NCBI GenBank assembly: GCA_902783285.1
Contig: CACZQM010000080.1
Coordinates: 11,872 to 75,871 of the forward strand
DNA length: 64,000 nucleotides
From: an uncultured Desulfovibrio sp.
GTDB lineage: Bacteria > Desulfobacterota > Desulfovibrionia > Desulfovibrionales > Desulfovibrionaceae
Direction of reading: 5' to 3'
Both the position numbers and the translations under genes were made by a program. The first letter of the stretch is position 1. Every line of letters starts with the position of its first letter. Under the pieces are notes generated by a model that was not told the DNA's origin, searched no databases, and was given only the letters and a program-made list of their open reading frames with translations. Below are positions 41,790 through 51,002 of this stretch, piece by piece.

Positions 41790-43285
41790 GCCCCCAACAT
41801 GGTCGCTGCACGATTAAGGAGGTCGTTGAGCCAGTCCGGGATGTAGAGCCCCAGTCCGAATGCCAGCAGGCAGAGGAAAAGGGGGGGCAGCACGCCGAAG
41901 AGCGACTCCCGGCCGTTTTCGGGTACGTCATGGGGGGGAGTCCCCTGGAGCATGCGCAGCACAGGCACAGACATGCCCACGAAGATGACGGCAAGGATCA
42001 AAAGGTAGGCCATGCCCGCCCAGTATTCATGGAAGGCGAACATGCCTTTCAGTATGCTGAATTCGCTTATGAAAAGACCAAAGGGGGGCGAACCGACGAT
42101 GGAAAGGAAACCGGCGGTCCAAAGCGCGCAGGAAAAGGGCAGCGTGTGGGAAAGCCCGCGCACGTCATAGCTTGAATACGTGTGGTAGCGCGCAAGGATG
42201 TTGCCCGATACCAGGAACAGCATGCATTTTGTGAAGGAGTGGCAGATGGCATGGAGCAGGCCGCCGAAGGCGGCCATGCCGCCGACGCCGAACGCAAGGG
42301 CGAGTATGCCCATGTGTTCGATGCTGGAATAGGCGAGCAATCGTTTGTAGTGCCCCTGGCCAACGATGAAGATTGCCGCCATGCCCATGGAAAGCAAGCC
42401 CATGCAGAGCAGAAGGCTGCCGCTGAAATCTCCCAATCCGCCCGCCAGCATGATCTGGTGTCCGCGCAGTATGCCAAGGAGCGCGCAGTTGAGCAGGGCG
42501 CCGGAGAGCAGTCCGGAAACCAGGGACGGCGCCTGGCTGTGGGCGTCAGGGAGCCATGTGTGCATGGGGGCCAGTCCCATTTTTGTGCCATAGCCGACAA
42601 GAAGGAAAACAAACGCGGCTTTGAGCCAGGGAACGCGGTCGCTCTCCTGCAGTTCGGAAGCCCGCGCTATGAACGCGGAAAGCTGGTCCATGCTTTCATG
42701 TCCGGCAGCGCCGGGCTGATGGACGGCGACGCTCAGGAGGATGTTGCCCAACAGGGCAAGGGCTATGCCCACCGAGCAGATCATCAGATATTTCCAGGTG
42801 GCTTCCATGGAGCTTTGGTGCCTGTGGAAATAGATGAGGGGCGCCGTGGCCAGGGTGGTAAGCTCCACGCCGACCCAGAGCGCTCCAAGGTTGCAGGTGA
42901 GCGTGACCAGCGTCATGGCAGAGCAAAAAAGGCAAAGGCAGGAGAGGAAGCGCGTTTCGGGAGCGTTGGTGAAGAAATCGCCCTTCTGGATATCCCTCTT
43001 TATGTGTCCTTTTTCTTCCTGCTTCAAATAGCCGACGGCATAGACAGAGGCCGCAAGGAACAAGATGCTGGCCGTCACCAGGAAGATGACGCCAAGCGGA
43101 TCTGGACGCAGCAGGCCGAAGAGGGATGCATCATCCTTTCCTTCCAGGACGTTCCTGAGGATGGATGAGGAAAGGATGGCATGGGCGGCAGCGGTAAGGA
43201 CCAGGAGCCACCTCCGGGGCCATGCCCCGGGAACGAACATGAGCAATCCGGAAACAAAGGGAAGGAAAAGGGCTATGGACGGCAT
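41786..43285 (-). CDS. ehrD: Ehr antiporter-like subunit (HyfF-like)
   Basis: WVGVELTT, EATWKY, GYGTKMGLAPMHTWLPDAHSQAP and KRLLAYSSIEHMG. Confidence 0.88.
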   Translation of the reverse strand: MPSIALFLPFVSGLLMFVPGAWPRRWLLVLTAAAHAILSSSILRNVLEGKDDASLFGLLRPDPLGVIFLVTASILFLAASVYAVGYLKQEEKGHIKRDIQKGDFFTNAPETRFLSCLCLFCSAMTLVTLTCNLGALWVGVELTTLATAPLIYFHRHQSSMEATWKYLMICSVGIALALLGNILLSVAVHQPGAAGHESMDQLSAFIARASELQESDRVPWLKAAFVFLLVGYGTKMGLAPMHTWLPDAHSQAPSLVSGLLSGALLNCALLGILRGHQIMLAGGLGDFSGSLLLCMGLLSMGMAAIFIVGQGHYKRLLAYSSIEHMGILALAFGVGGMAAFGGLLHAICHSFTKCMLFLVSGNILARYHTYSSYDVRGLSHTLPFSCALWTAGFLSIVGSPPFGLFISEFSILKGMFAFHEYWAGMAYLLILAVIFVGMSVPVLRMLQGTPPHDVPENGRESLFGVLPPLFLCLLAFGLGLYIPDWLNDLLNRAATMLGA

Positions 43286-43286
43286 G

Positions 43287-43931
43287 TCAGTCTCTCAGAT
43301 TGCGGAACCGCGCTACATCAATGGAACTGAAAGCGGTGTTGATGTGGTTGATAGCAATGGCCATGACAAAGATAGCGGCGAAAACGTCCAGAAGGATGCC
43401 CAGCTCAAACCATACGGAACCTTCGGTGAGCAGAGGTATGCCCAAAATGAAGATCCCATTTTCCGCCACGAGATAGCCGATGACCTGGGTCAGCGCCTTG
43501 GCGAATCCCACCACGAGCACCAGCCCGCAAAACAGCGTTGTGAAGGCCACGGGGAGGAGCATCGGAGGGAAAAGCCCCTTGGCTTCCGGTATGCGGCCTT
43601 CGAGCCAAAGCGAAAAGGCCATGCAGCCAAGGCCCGAAAGCAGGGGGAACATCCTTCCCAGCCTTGGCCGTACCATGGGCTCTATGCCCAGCTTCCGGCA
43701 CGTGCGGCGCAGGAAAAGCGGGAACCCCACCCCTTTGAGGAGAAAAACAGCCGCTGCAAGAAAAATGTTCTCCAGCGTGAGGGTGCTGTCCACGGGAAGC
43801 AGGAGCAGCAGGGCAAGCAGAACGCCCTGTGCAGCCGAAAGACGTATGAGCATGAGTATCCTGCCCGACCACAGCATGACAAGGTCGATGACGAGCAGCA
43901 GGAGGATGACGAATTGAAAGAGAGATTGCAT
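43287..43931 (-). CDS. ehrC: Ehr membrane subunit (HyfE-like)
   Basis: Hydrophobic 214 aa with QVIGYLVAENGI and ELGILLDV. Confidence 0.85.
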   Translation of the reverse strand: MQSLFQFVILLLLVIDLVMLWSGRILMLIRLSAAQGVLLALLLLLPVDSTLTLENIFLAAAVFLLKGVGFPLFLRRTCRKLGIEPMVRPRLGRMFPLLSGLGCMAFSLWLEGRIPEAKGLFPPMLLPVAFTTLFCGLVLVVGFAKALTQVIGYLVAENGIFILGIPLLTEGSVWFELGILLDVFAAIFVMAIAINHINTAFSSIDVARFRNLRD

Positions 43932-43933
43932 GG

Positions 43934-44866
43934 CTAGCGCACCAGGGTCAGGATGAGTACAAAGGCAGCGACCGCGCCGGCAAGTCCGATGAAAGCCGGC
44001 ACGATGGTCATGCGAAGCCGTGCCATGACAGATTCCACGACTCCGACACCGGCTGCAATCAGGCAAAGGGAAGCGGTCGTTAGGACGGCGTGAGCAACGG
44101 GAGACATGCCGGGTATGATCAGACCTGCCAGGAGAGAGGCGAATATCCAGAGTTTGAGGGCCGAACCGTAAAGGATGAAGGCCAGGTTGATGCCGGAATA
44201 GTCAAGCACCATGACTTCGTGGATCATGGTCAGTTCAAGATGCGTCGTGGGATCATCGACCGGGATGCGGCAGTTTTCCACGAGCAGGATGACACCCATG
44301 ACAAATGCGAGCAGAAGAAGTTCCGGACGTCCAGAGGCCCAGGCATGAGCGGAAAAGCCGCAGAACATGGAGGAAAGAGAGAGTTCGGCGGGAAGCCCCA
44401 TGGAAGAAGCGGTGTTGACCAGCGCAAGGAAGCACAGGAAGAGCACGGGCTCGGTTATCCCGCCAAAAAAAGCTTCCCGGCTCGCACCCATCCCTTCAAA
44501 CGATGAACCCGTGTCGATGGCTGCAAGCACAGTGGCAAAGCGCCCCATGCCAAGCAGATAGGCAAAAAGGAGGAAGTCGCCGGTAAAGGAGAGTGGCGAG
44601 GGCATCCCCCCCAGCGGCAGCAAAAGGAGGGCGAGGAGCGCAGAGGCCAGTGAAATCGCAGGACCGGCCGAAAATGCCCACGTGGCGGCGCTGCTTATGA
44701 CCTCGCCTTTGCGGAGCAGCTTGGCCAGATCGTAATACAGCTGCAGCAGAGGCTTGCCATGCCTTCCGGCGAATTTCGCCTTGACGCGGCTCGTTATGCC
44801 GGGAAGGAGCGGGGCCAAAAGCAGGGCGATGAGGACCTGGACAGAGAAAAGCAGCAGTGTTTCCAT
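43934..44866 (-). CDS. ehrB: Ehr NuoH/HyfC-like subunit
   Basis: GSSFEGMGASRE and ENCRIPVDDPTTHLELTMIHEVM. Confidence 0.9.
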   Translation of the reverse strand: METLLLFSVQVLIALLLAPLLPGITSRVKAKFAGRHGKPLLQLYYDLAKLLRKGEVISSAATWAFSAGPAISLASALLALLLLPLGGMPSPLSFTGDFLLFAYLLGMGRFATVLAAIDTGSSFEGMGASREAFFGGITEPVLFLCFLALVNTASSMGLPAELSLSSMFCGFSAHAWASGRPELLLLAFVMGVILLVENCRIPVDDPTTHLELTMIHEVMVLDYSGINLAFILYGSALKLWIFASLLAGLIIPGMSPVAHAVLTTASLCLIAAGVGVVESVMARLRMTIVPAFIGLAGAVAAFVLILTLVR

Positions 44867-46878
44867 CAGGCGATCCCCCAGAAAAGCAGTGCCACAAGCG
44901 TGACAAGGATGTAAAGGATGTACAGGTTGATGCTGCCGTTCTGGATGATCTTGAGCGTATTGCAGGCCTTTTCGGCATATTCAAAAAGAGGGGCATAGAA
45001 GCGGCTTGAAACGACGTCCGCAGTTGATACCTCGATATGCGCATCCGCAGGGAAGACAGCGTTGTCGATGACGGCATCCGTCTTGGTGCCCATCAGAGGG
45101 CCGAAAATGCGCTCGGCCGGTTCAACGAACGATGCGGGGGTGTACTGCATGCGCTCTGTCCCGTACTGGTAGCCGCAGCCCCAGGTGGGGCCGGAAGCGA
45201 CCATGCGGCGTTTGAGCAGCATTTTCCTTGCCGCTGCCAGCGCGGCGGACAGGATGATGGCAGCGCAGCCAAGCAGGGATATGCTGCAGAGCATTTCTGC
45301 CGTGGAAGATGCGGCATTCCCCATGCCGGATTCCATGCCCTGCGAGATGAACGGCAAAAAGGAGAGGGAGGGCTGTATCGCTCTGAATACCTGTGCAGAA
45401 GCGAGCCCGCCGACGACGCATGCCGCCGCGGGAATGGCGAGAGGAAGGAGGGCGCGCACGGAGATGGCATGCATCGAAGCGGCCATGGAGGACCGGGGTT
45501 GTCCGAGGAAACTCATGCCGTAAGCCTTGGCGTAGGCAAAGGCGGCCATGCCGCTGACGAGCATCAGGCAGGCCATGCAGGCAAGCATGGCGATTTTCTG
45601 CTCCATGCCGGTGAGCCCAAGCCCCTTGATGAAGGACAGCGAAATGACGAACTCGCTTGCAAAGCCGTTGAAAGGCGGAAGGCAGGCAATGGAAGCGGCA
45701 CCCAGGGCAAACAGTGCGCCAAGAACGGGAGCGCGCTTTTGCAGGCCGCCGAGGGCCGTCATTTCGACCGTGCCTGCATGGTGCAGGATCTCTCCTGCGC
45801 AAAGAAAGAGCAGCCCCTTGAAGGCGGAATGGTTGAGCATATGGAAAAGGCAGCCCGAAAACCCAAGGGCTGCTATCCAGGCGTTGCCCGACAGCACGCC
45901 CACGAGCCCTGCGCCTGCAGCAAGGATCATGAGCCCCATGTTTTCCACGCTGGAGTAGGCGAGGAGGCGCTTGAGATTGCTCTGGGCAAGCGCCTTGAAA
46001 ATGCCTGTGAAAGCCGTTGCTGCGCCCATGAACATGATGAGCCACGCCCACCAGAGGGGAAATCCTTCCACGGGGCCCAGGAACTGGAACGAGCGCAGTA
46101 TGCCGTATAGTCCGGCATTGAGCATGGCACCCGAAAGGAGCGCGGAAACGTGGCTGGGAGCCGCGGGATGCGCTTCGGGCAGCCATACGTGCATGGGCGC
46201 GAGCCCTGCCTTGGCGCCAAAGCCGAGCAGGGCAAGGATGAAGAGCAGCGAGGAATGCCCTGCCGCGATGCGGTCCGCTCCTGAGAACAACGTCGTTCCG
46301 CTCTCTGCCCAGGCCAGGGCGAAAAAGGCCGTGAGCAGCACCGCGCCGAGATGAGCCGCCACAAGATAGACCCAGGAAGCGTTCTGGACCTTCCTGTCCC
46401 GGTCGTTGAATTCGATGAGGAAAAAGGGCGAGAGGGACATCAGCTCCCACGACATCATGAAGAAAAGCCCGTCCCGTGCCGCCATCACGCAGGTCATCCC
46501 CAAGAGCAGGATGAGGTAGAACATCCAGTGGGCTCCCAGGTCATGGTTTTGGACGCTGCCCCTGAGCGAAAGACCGCCGCTGACAGCGCATACCATGCCA
46601 AGCACGAAGACGGGCACGAGAAAAAGCCTTGTCAGGGGATCGAGTCCGAGGGCCAGGGATCCGATAGGGAGCCACCAGTCAAAGATCACGTTCTCGGCGC
46701 TTCCCCAGCCGCCGGAGAACAGGCTGAGCAGCCCTGCGGCACAGGCTGCTGCGGCAAAGGCAGGACCTATGATGTTCGCAGCACGGCTCCCCGCTTCTGA
46801 ACGGACGTTGAGCGCAATGAAACCCGATACAACCGCTCCCGCCGCAAAAAGCGAAAGGGCCGTGATAAGCATCAGCAT
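44866..46878 (-). CDS. ehrA: Ehr antiporter-like subunit (HyfB-like)
   Basis: SWELMS, GFGAKAGLAPMHVWLPEAHPAAPSHVSALLSG, KRLLAYSSVENMG and LPPFNGFASE. Confidence 0.9.
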   Translation of the reverse strand: MLMLITALSLFAAGAVVSGFIALNVRSEAGSRAANIIGPAFAAAACAAGLLSLFSGGWGSAENVIFDWWLPIGSLALGLDPLTRLFLVPVFVLGMVCAVSGGLSLRGSVQNHDLGAHWMFYLILLLGMTCVMAARDGLFFMMSWELMSLSPFFLIEFNDRDRKVQNASWVYLVAAHLGAVLLTAFFALAWAESGTTLFSGADRIAAGHSSLLFILALLGFGAKAGLAPMHVWLPEAHPAAPSHVSALLSGAMLNAGLYGILRSFQFLGPVEGFPLWWAWLIMFMGAATAFTGIFKALAQSNLKRLLAYSSVENMGLMILAAGAGLVGVLSGNAWIAALGFSGCLFHMLNHSAFKGLLFLCAGEILHHAGTVEMTALGGLQKRAPVLGALFALGAASIACLPPFNGFASEFVISLSFIKGLGLTGMEQKIAMLACMACLMLVSGMAAFAYAKAYGMSFLGQPRSSMAASMHAISVRALLPLAIPAAACVVGGLASAQVFRAIQPSLSFLPFISQGMESGMGNAASSTAEMLCSISLLGCAAIILSAALAAARKMLLKRRMVASGPTWGCGYQYGTERMQYTPASFVEPAERIFGPLMGTKTDAVIDNAVFPADAHIEVSTADVVSSRFYAPLFEYAEKACNTLKIIQNGSINLYILYILVTLVALLFWGIA

Positions 46879-47198
46879 GAAAACTCCCGGTGAGGAAAAA
46901 TGCGTTGGCTAATGCCGTGATACGTCTTAAGGGAGCGTTAATCAAGCTGTTTTGCAGGCGTTGCGCGGCATGGGATGCATCCTGAGCAAGCCTTCTATTT
47001 TCTGGAAAACCATGCTATCCATGTGCCGGCAGCGTGTCCCAGCGATGTTTGTCCTCTGCTCTGGACTCCTGACATCCATCACGATCTCAATGGGTCCTGG
47101 GTCGTTTTCCTGCTGCCATGAGACGGGCACCACAGATGTCCGGCGGTCTCACATCACATTGGCGTCCTTTGTCTTCTTTGCCATGCCGCGAGGTCACA

Positions 47199-48374
47199 AT
47201 GCCTATGAAAAGATCCGTCTTTTTGCTGCTTTCCTGCATCGCTATTTTTGGGGTCCTGCCTCTGCCAGCAGGAGGATCCGTGACAGACAGTGAAGGACTT
47301 GTCCCCTCGGCACACGAAGGATCGCCATTGCCAGAAGCCGGTGTGCAGGTGGTCAGCCTCTGCGCCGTGGGTGACAACCTCATCCACAGCTCGGTGTACG
47401 AGAAGTTCCGCAGGAAGGACGGGACCTGGGACTTTGCCCCCATCTTTGTCCACGTGGGCGATATCATCAAAAAACACGACATCAGCGTGATCAACCAGGA
47501 AACGATCTTTGTCAACGATAACAAGCGCGTGAGCACCTACCCTTGCTTTGGCACTCCGCAGGAGATGGGCAGCGCACTGGTCAGCGCCGGATTCAATGTC
47601 GTGCTGTCCGCCACCAACCATACATGGGACAAACGCAGCTACGGGGTCGATACCACGCTTGCCTACTGGCGGGGACACTATCCCTCCGTCACGCTGCTCG
47701 GCATACACGCCAGCGCTGAAGAACAGGAACGCATCCCGGTCGTGGAGAAGAACGGCATACGCATAGCCATGTTCAACTACACTTACGGGCTCAATGGCTT
47801 CGTGGTGCCGGAAAAGGAAAAGTTCAAGGTCGACCTGCTGGACGACAGGGAGCGCTTCATGAACGACGTGCGGCGGGCCCGCGCCATGGCGGATTTCACT
47901 GTCTGCTTCCTGCACATCGGCGAGGAATACCGCTATACGCCGACGGAGCACCAGAAGAAATACGTGCGTGAACTGGCTGAAGCCGGCGCTGACCTGGTCA
48001 TCTGCGCACATCCGCATGTCGTCGAGCCGTGCGAATGGATCTCAAATGCAGACGGCAGCGCGTGCCTTGTCTACTATTCCTGCGGCAATTTCGTTTCCGG
48101 CCAGGGCAAGGTGGACCGGCTGCTCGGCGGCATGGCGCAGGTAAAGATCGTCAAGGAAGGAGAAGGGCGCGCACGGGTCGCATGGCACGATTTCATCCCC
48201 ACGGTCACGCACCGCACGCCCAGGACGGTGGAGGCCTATTTCCTGAGCGGATACAGCGATGCTCTGGCCCGTTCCCATTCCGTGAAGGGCGTTTCCGTAA
48301 AGAAGCTGACGGCGCTATGGAAGCAGATCACGGGGCTGGACGCGCATGCTCCGGCAATGCCTGGCGGGGATTAA
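47199..48374 (+). CDS. CapA/PgsA-family metallophosphoesterase-fold secreted protein
   Basis: Signal peptide, AVGDNLIH, INQET, ATNH..D, LH.GEE, AHPHVV and YSCGNF. Confidence 0.85.
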   Translation: MPMKRSVFLLLSCIAIFGVLPLPAGGSVTDSEGLVPSAHEGSPLPEAGVQVVSLCAVGDNLIHSSVYEKFRRKDGTWDFAPIFVHVGDIIKKHDISVINQETIFVNDNKRVSTYPCFGTPQEMGSALVSAGFNVVLSATNHTWDKRSYGVDTTLAYWRGHYPSVTLLGIHASAEEQERIPVVEKNGIRIAMFNYTYGLNGFVVPEKEKFKVDLLDDRERFMNDVRRARAMADFTVCFLHIGEEYRYTPTEHQKKYVRELAEAGADLVICAHPHVVEPCEWISNADGSACLVYYSCGNFVSGQGKVDRLLGGMAQVKIVKEGEGRARVAWHDFIPTVTHRTPRTVEAYFLSGYSDALARSHSVKGVSVKKLTALWKQITGLDAHAPAMPGGD

Positions 48375-48453
48375 GTAAGATTTTGAAACGTGACATGCGT
48401 GCCCGGCGCGGGTAAGGTCCTGCCTAAAGGAAACTGCACAAGGAGGTCCCCCT

Positions 48454-49164
48454 ATGAACGCTAAATATTCCCTGTTTGCCCTTTGCGCGGCGGCATGCCT
48501 TGCCGCCGTGCCCGCTGTCATTTCCGCCGAGCCCGCCGCCAAGGGCGACGCCGTCCAGAAGGCGGAAAAGCCGGCGCAGCCGGAACAACGCCGCGGCATG
48601 CTGACTAAGGAGCAGAAAGAAAAGCAGCGCGCCATCATGCGGGAGCACAACGCCAGGATGGAAGACCTGAAGGATGCGCTGATGCAGAAGCAGATGGAGC
48701 TGGACTATCTGGCTGACAACCCCAACGTCAAGCCGGAAGACATCAAGGCCATCATCGCCGACATCGTCAGGCTGCATAAGGAATCGCGCAAGGCCGGACA
48801 TGAACTGCGCGCCAAGATGCGCGAGGCCGGCCTGCCGTTCATGCTGCCGCGCCCGTGGCATGGACCGCGCCATGGTGAAGGCTTCATGCCCGGGCATCGC
48901 CGCCACTTTGACCAGCATGGCCCCGGCTTCGCTCCTGAAGGCGGCCCCCAGTGGGAAGGTCCGGACTTCGGAGGTGCTCCCCGTGGCTTTCATGGTGAGC
49001 AGGGCATGGTGCCGGGGGGCGTCCCCAGCGGTCCTGGCGACCCAGCCTTCGCCCCCGTCCCATGCCAGCGTTTCGGAGCGCCCTGTGGCGATCCGGGCAG
49101 GGGATGTCCGTGGCTCCAGGGGCAGGGCGGCGCCGGCCCTGACCCTCAGGCGATGGGATACTAG
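48454..49164 (+). CDS. Periplasmic Spy/CpxP/ZraP-like helical protein with Gly/Pro/His-rich tail
   Basis: Signal peptide, LTKEQKEK motif, helical bundle. AGGAGG RBS. Confidence 0.72.
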   Translation: MNAKYSLFALCAAACLAAVPAVISAEPAAKGDAVQKAEKPAQPEQRRGMLTKEQKEKQRAIMREHNARMEDLKDALMQKQMELDYLADNPNVKPEDIKAIIADIVRLHKESRKAGHELRAKMREAGLPFMLPRPWHGPRHGEGFMPGHRRHFDQHGPGFAPEGGPQWEGPDFGGAPRGFHGEQGMVPGGVPSGPGDPAFAPVPCQRFGAPCGDPGRGCPWLQGQGGAGPDPQAMGY

Positions 49165-49183
49165 GATCAAGCCCTGCTGAAGC

Positions 49184-49248
49184 GGGATCTGCCGACGGGC
49201 AGATCCCTTGGGAAAACAGATCAAGCCGCGGGATCCCCGCGGCTTTTT
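49184..49248 (+). terminator. Tandem hairpins ending the Spy/ZraP-like gene
   Basis: GGGATCTGCC/GGCAGATCCC (49184-49207), then AAGCCGCGGG/CCCGCGGCTT followed by TTT (49223-49248). Confidence 0.7.
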
Positions 49249-49459
49249 GGTTTTCCAGGAGGGCGGACAACTGCTGTTTCGTCCGGAGATGTTCCGGTAA
49301 GCCCATGCCGGAAAATCTCTGGCGTTCCTGGCGGCATTGCTGTACTGTGGCGCTGTAGCTGTACCGGGGCCAGGATCTCCGCGCTATGCGGGCATCGCCG
49401 CGATGTCGCCCCTGTGCCGTTCCAGCAGCGTGGCAATGATCCCGCGCAAAGGTGGTCAC

Positions 49460-50323
49460 ATGAAGGTCATCGACATCATCAAGGCAGAGAAGCCTTCCCT
49501 CTCGTTTGAGGTGTTTCCCCCGAAGACTTTCCAGTCCATGGAAAGCGTGCTCCGCGCCACGGATGAGATCGCCGAGCTCGGACCTGACTTCATGAGCGTC
49601 ACGTATGGGGCGGGGGGCAGCACGGCGGCTTTTACTGCGGAGATCGCCGAACACATCCAGGATGTCTACGGCATCCCGGCTCTTGCCCACCTCACCTGCG
49701 TTTCCTCCAGCAAGGATAAGATCGCCGGCGTGCTGACCGACCTGCAGTCAAGAGGCATTGAGAACGTGCTCGCTCTCCGGGGCGACGTGCCCGAAGGGCT
49801 GGACGTCGGCAGCATCGACTACCGCCATGCCAGCGACCTCATCCCCGCCATCCGCGCGCATGGTGAGTTCTGCATCGGCGGGGCATGCTATCCCGAAAAG
49901 CACCCCGAAAGCGTGAGCATCAGCGAAGATCTGCGCAATCTCGGGATGAAGGTCGGGAGCGGCTGCGATTTCCTCACGACGCAGATGTTCTTTGACAACA
50001 ACATCCTGTACAATTTCCTTTACCGGGCGAAGGATGCCGGCATCAACGTTCCGGTGGTGGCCGGGATCATGCCGGTGACGAACGCCGTGCAGATACGCAG
50101 GATCATGGCCATTTCCGGCTCCATGCTGCCTCCGCGGTTCATCCGGATCGTGGAGCGCTACGGCGACGATCCCGAAGCCATGCTCCAGGCCGGCACCGTT
50201 TATGCGACGGAACAGATCATCGACCTGTATGCGAACGGCATCCGCGCCGTCCATGTCTATACCATGAACAGGCCTGAGGTGGCGCGGCGGATCCTGCACA
50301 ACCTTTCGGCCATCATACGCTGA
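49460..50323 (+). CDS. metF: 5,10-methylenetetrahydrofolate reductase
   Basis: SFEVFPPK, SVTYGAGG, AHLTC, LALRGD, ACYPEKHP and TQMFFD. Confidence 0.95.
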   Translation: MKVIDIIKAEKPSLSFEVFPPKTFQSMESVLRATDEIAELGPDFMSVTYGAGGSTAAFTAEIAEHIQDVYGIPALAHLTCVSSSKDKIAGVLTDLQSRGIENVLALRGDVPEGLDVGSIDYRHASDLIPAIRAHGEFCIGGACYPEKHPESVSISEDLRNLGMKVGSGCDFLTTQMFFDNNILYNFLYRAKDAGINVPVVAGIMPVTNAVQIRRIMAISGSMLPPRFIRIVERYGDDPEAMLQAGTVYATEQIIDLYANGIRAVHVYTMNRPEVARRILHNLSAIIR

Positions 50324-50327
50324 CGGC

Positions 50328-51002
50328 ATGGATGGCATCGTTCAGCAGCGCAGGGCCGCCCCGGGCGAAGCCCGTGTTGACCGGCGCGAAGCGCTGCGCT
50401 ATATGGGCTGCGCCGGCATCCTGCCCGGCGGCGGGATCAACGCGCTGATCGAATCATGCACGGAGGAGCTTCTTGCCATCCTGCAGCCGCGTTGCTGCTG
50501 GCTGGAAGTCCCCGTCGCCTTTCCGGCGCCTTATGCCGTGGATGTCGGTTTCGGCCCGGTGCAAAGCGTTGCCCTGAGCCGCCATCTCCAGGGCTGCGGC
50601 AGGGCGCTGTTGTTCGCTGCCACGGTAGGCATCGGCGTGGAACGGCTTGTGGCGCGCTATCAGCGGCTCACCCCAAGCAGGGCGGCCGTGATCGACGCAC
50701 TGGGGTCTTCTGCCATCGAGTGCTGGTGCGATGACATGGAAAAGGCATTGCTCGGAGACATGGTCCACAGCAGCCGCTTCAGCCCTGGTTACGGTGATTT
50801 CGAACTTGCGTGCCAGCGTGATTTTGCACGTTGCCTTGACTTGCCGAGGACGATCGGCGTTTCCCTTTCGGGATCGCTGCTCATGACTCCCTGCAAGTCC
50901 GTCACGGCGGTCATCGGCATAGGCGCATCCTCGCGAACATGCGGGGGAAAATGCATGTCATGCAGCCTGGAACACTGCATCTACCGCGAGATACAGCTAT
51001 GA
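50328..51002 (+). CDS. Stand-alone B12-dependent methionine synthase reactivation domain
   Basis: FAATVG, RFSPGYGDF and PCKSVTAVIG motifs. Confidence 0.85.
   Translation: MDGIVQQRRAAPGEARVDRREALRYMGCAGILPGGGINALIESCTEELLAILQPRCCWLEVPVAFPAPYAVDVGFGPVQSVALSRHLQGCGRALLFAATVGIGVERLVARYQRLTPSRAAVIDALGSSAIECWCDDMEKALLGDMVHSSRFSPGYGDFELACQRDFARCLDLPRTIGVSLSGSLLMTPCKSVTAVIGIGASSRTCGGKCMSCSLEHCIYREIQL

Noticed and set aside
46895-46925. Sigma54 promoter upstream of ehrA
   Set aside because: The GG and GC dinucleotides are 11 rather than 10 nt apart and the flanks match poorly.
49250-49460. SAM, SAH, cobalamin riboswitch, T-box or SahR site upstream of metF
   Set aside because: No consensus core is recognisable. 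AAGGTGGT just before the ATG is best read as the RBS.
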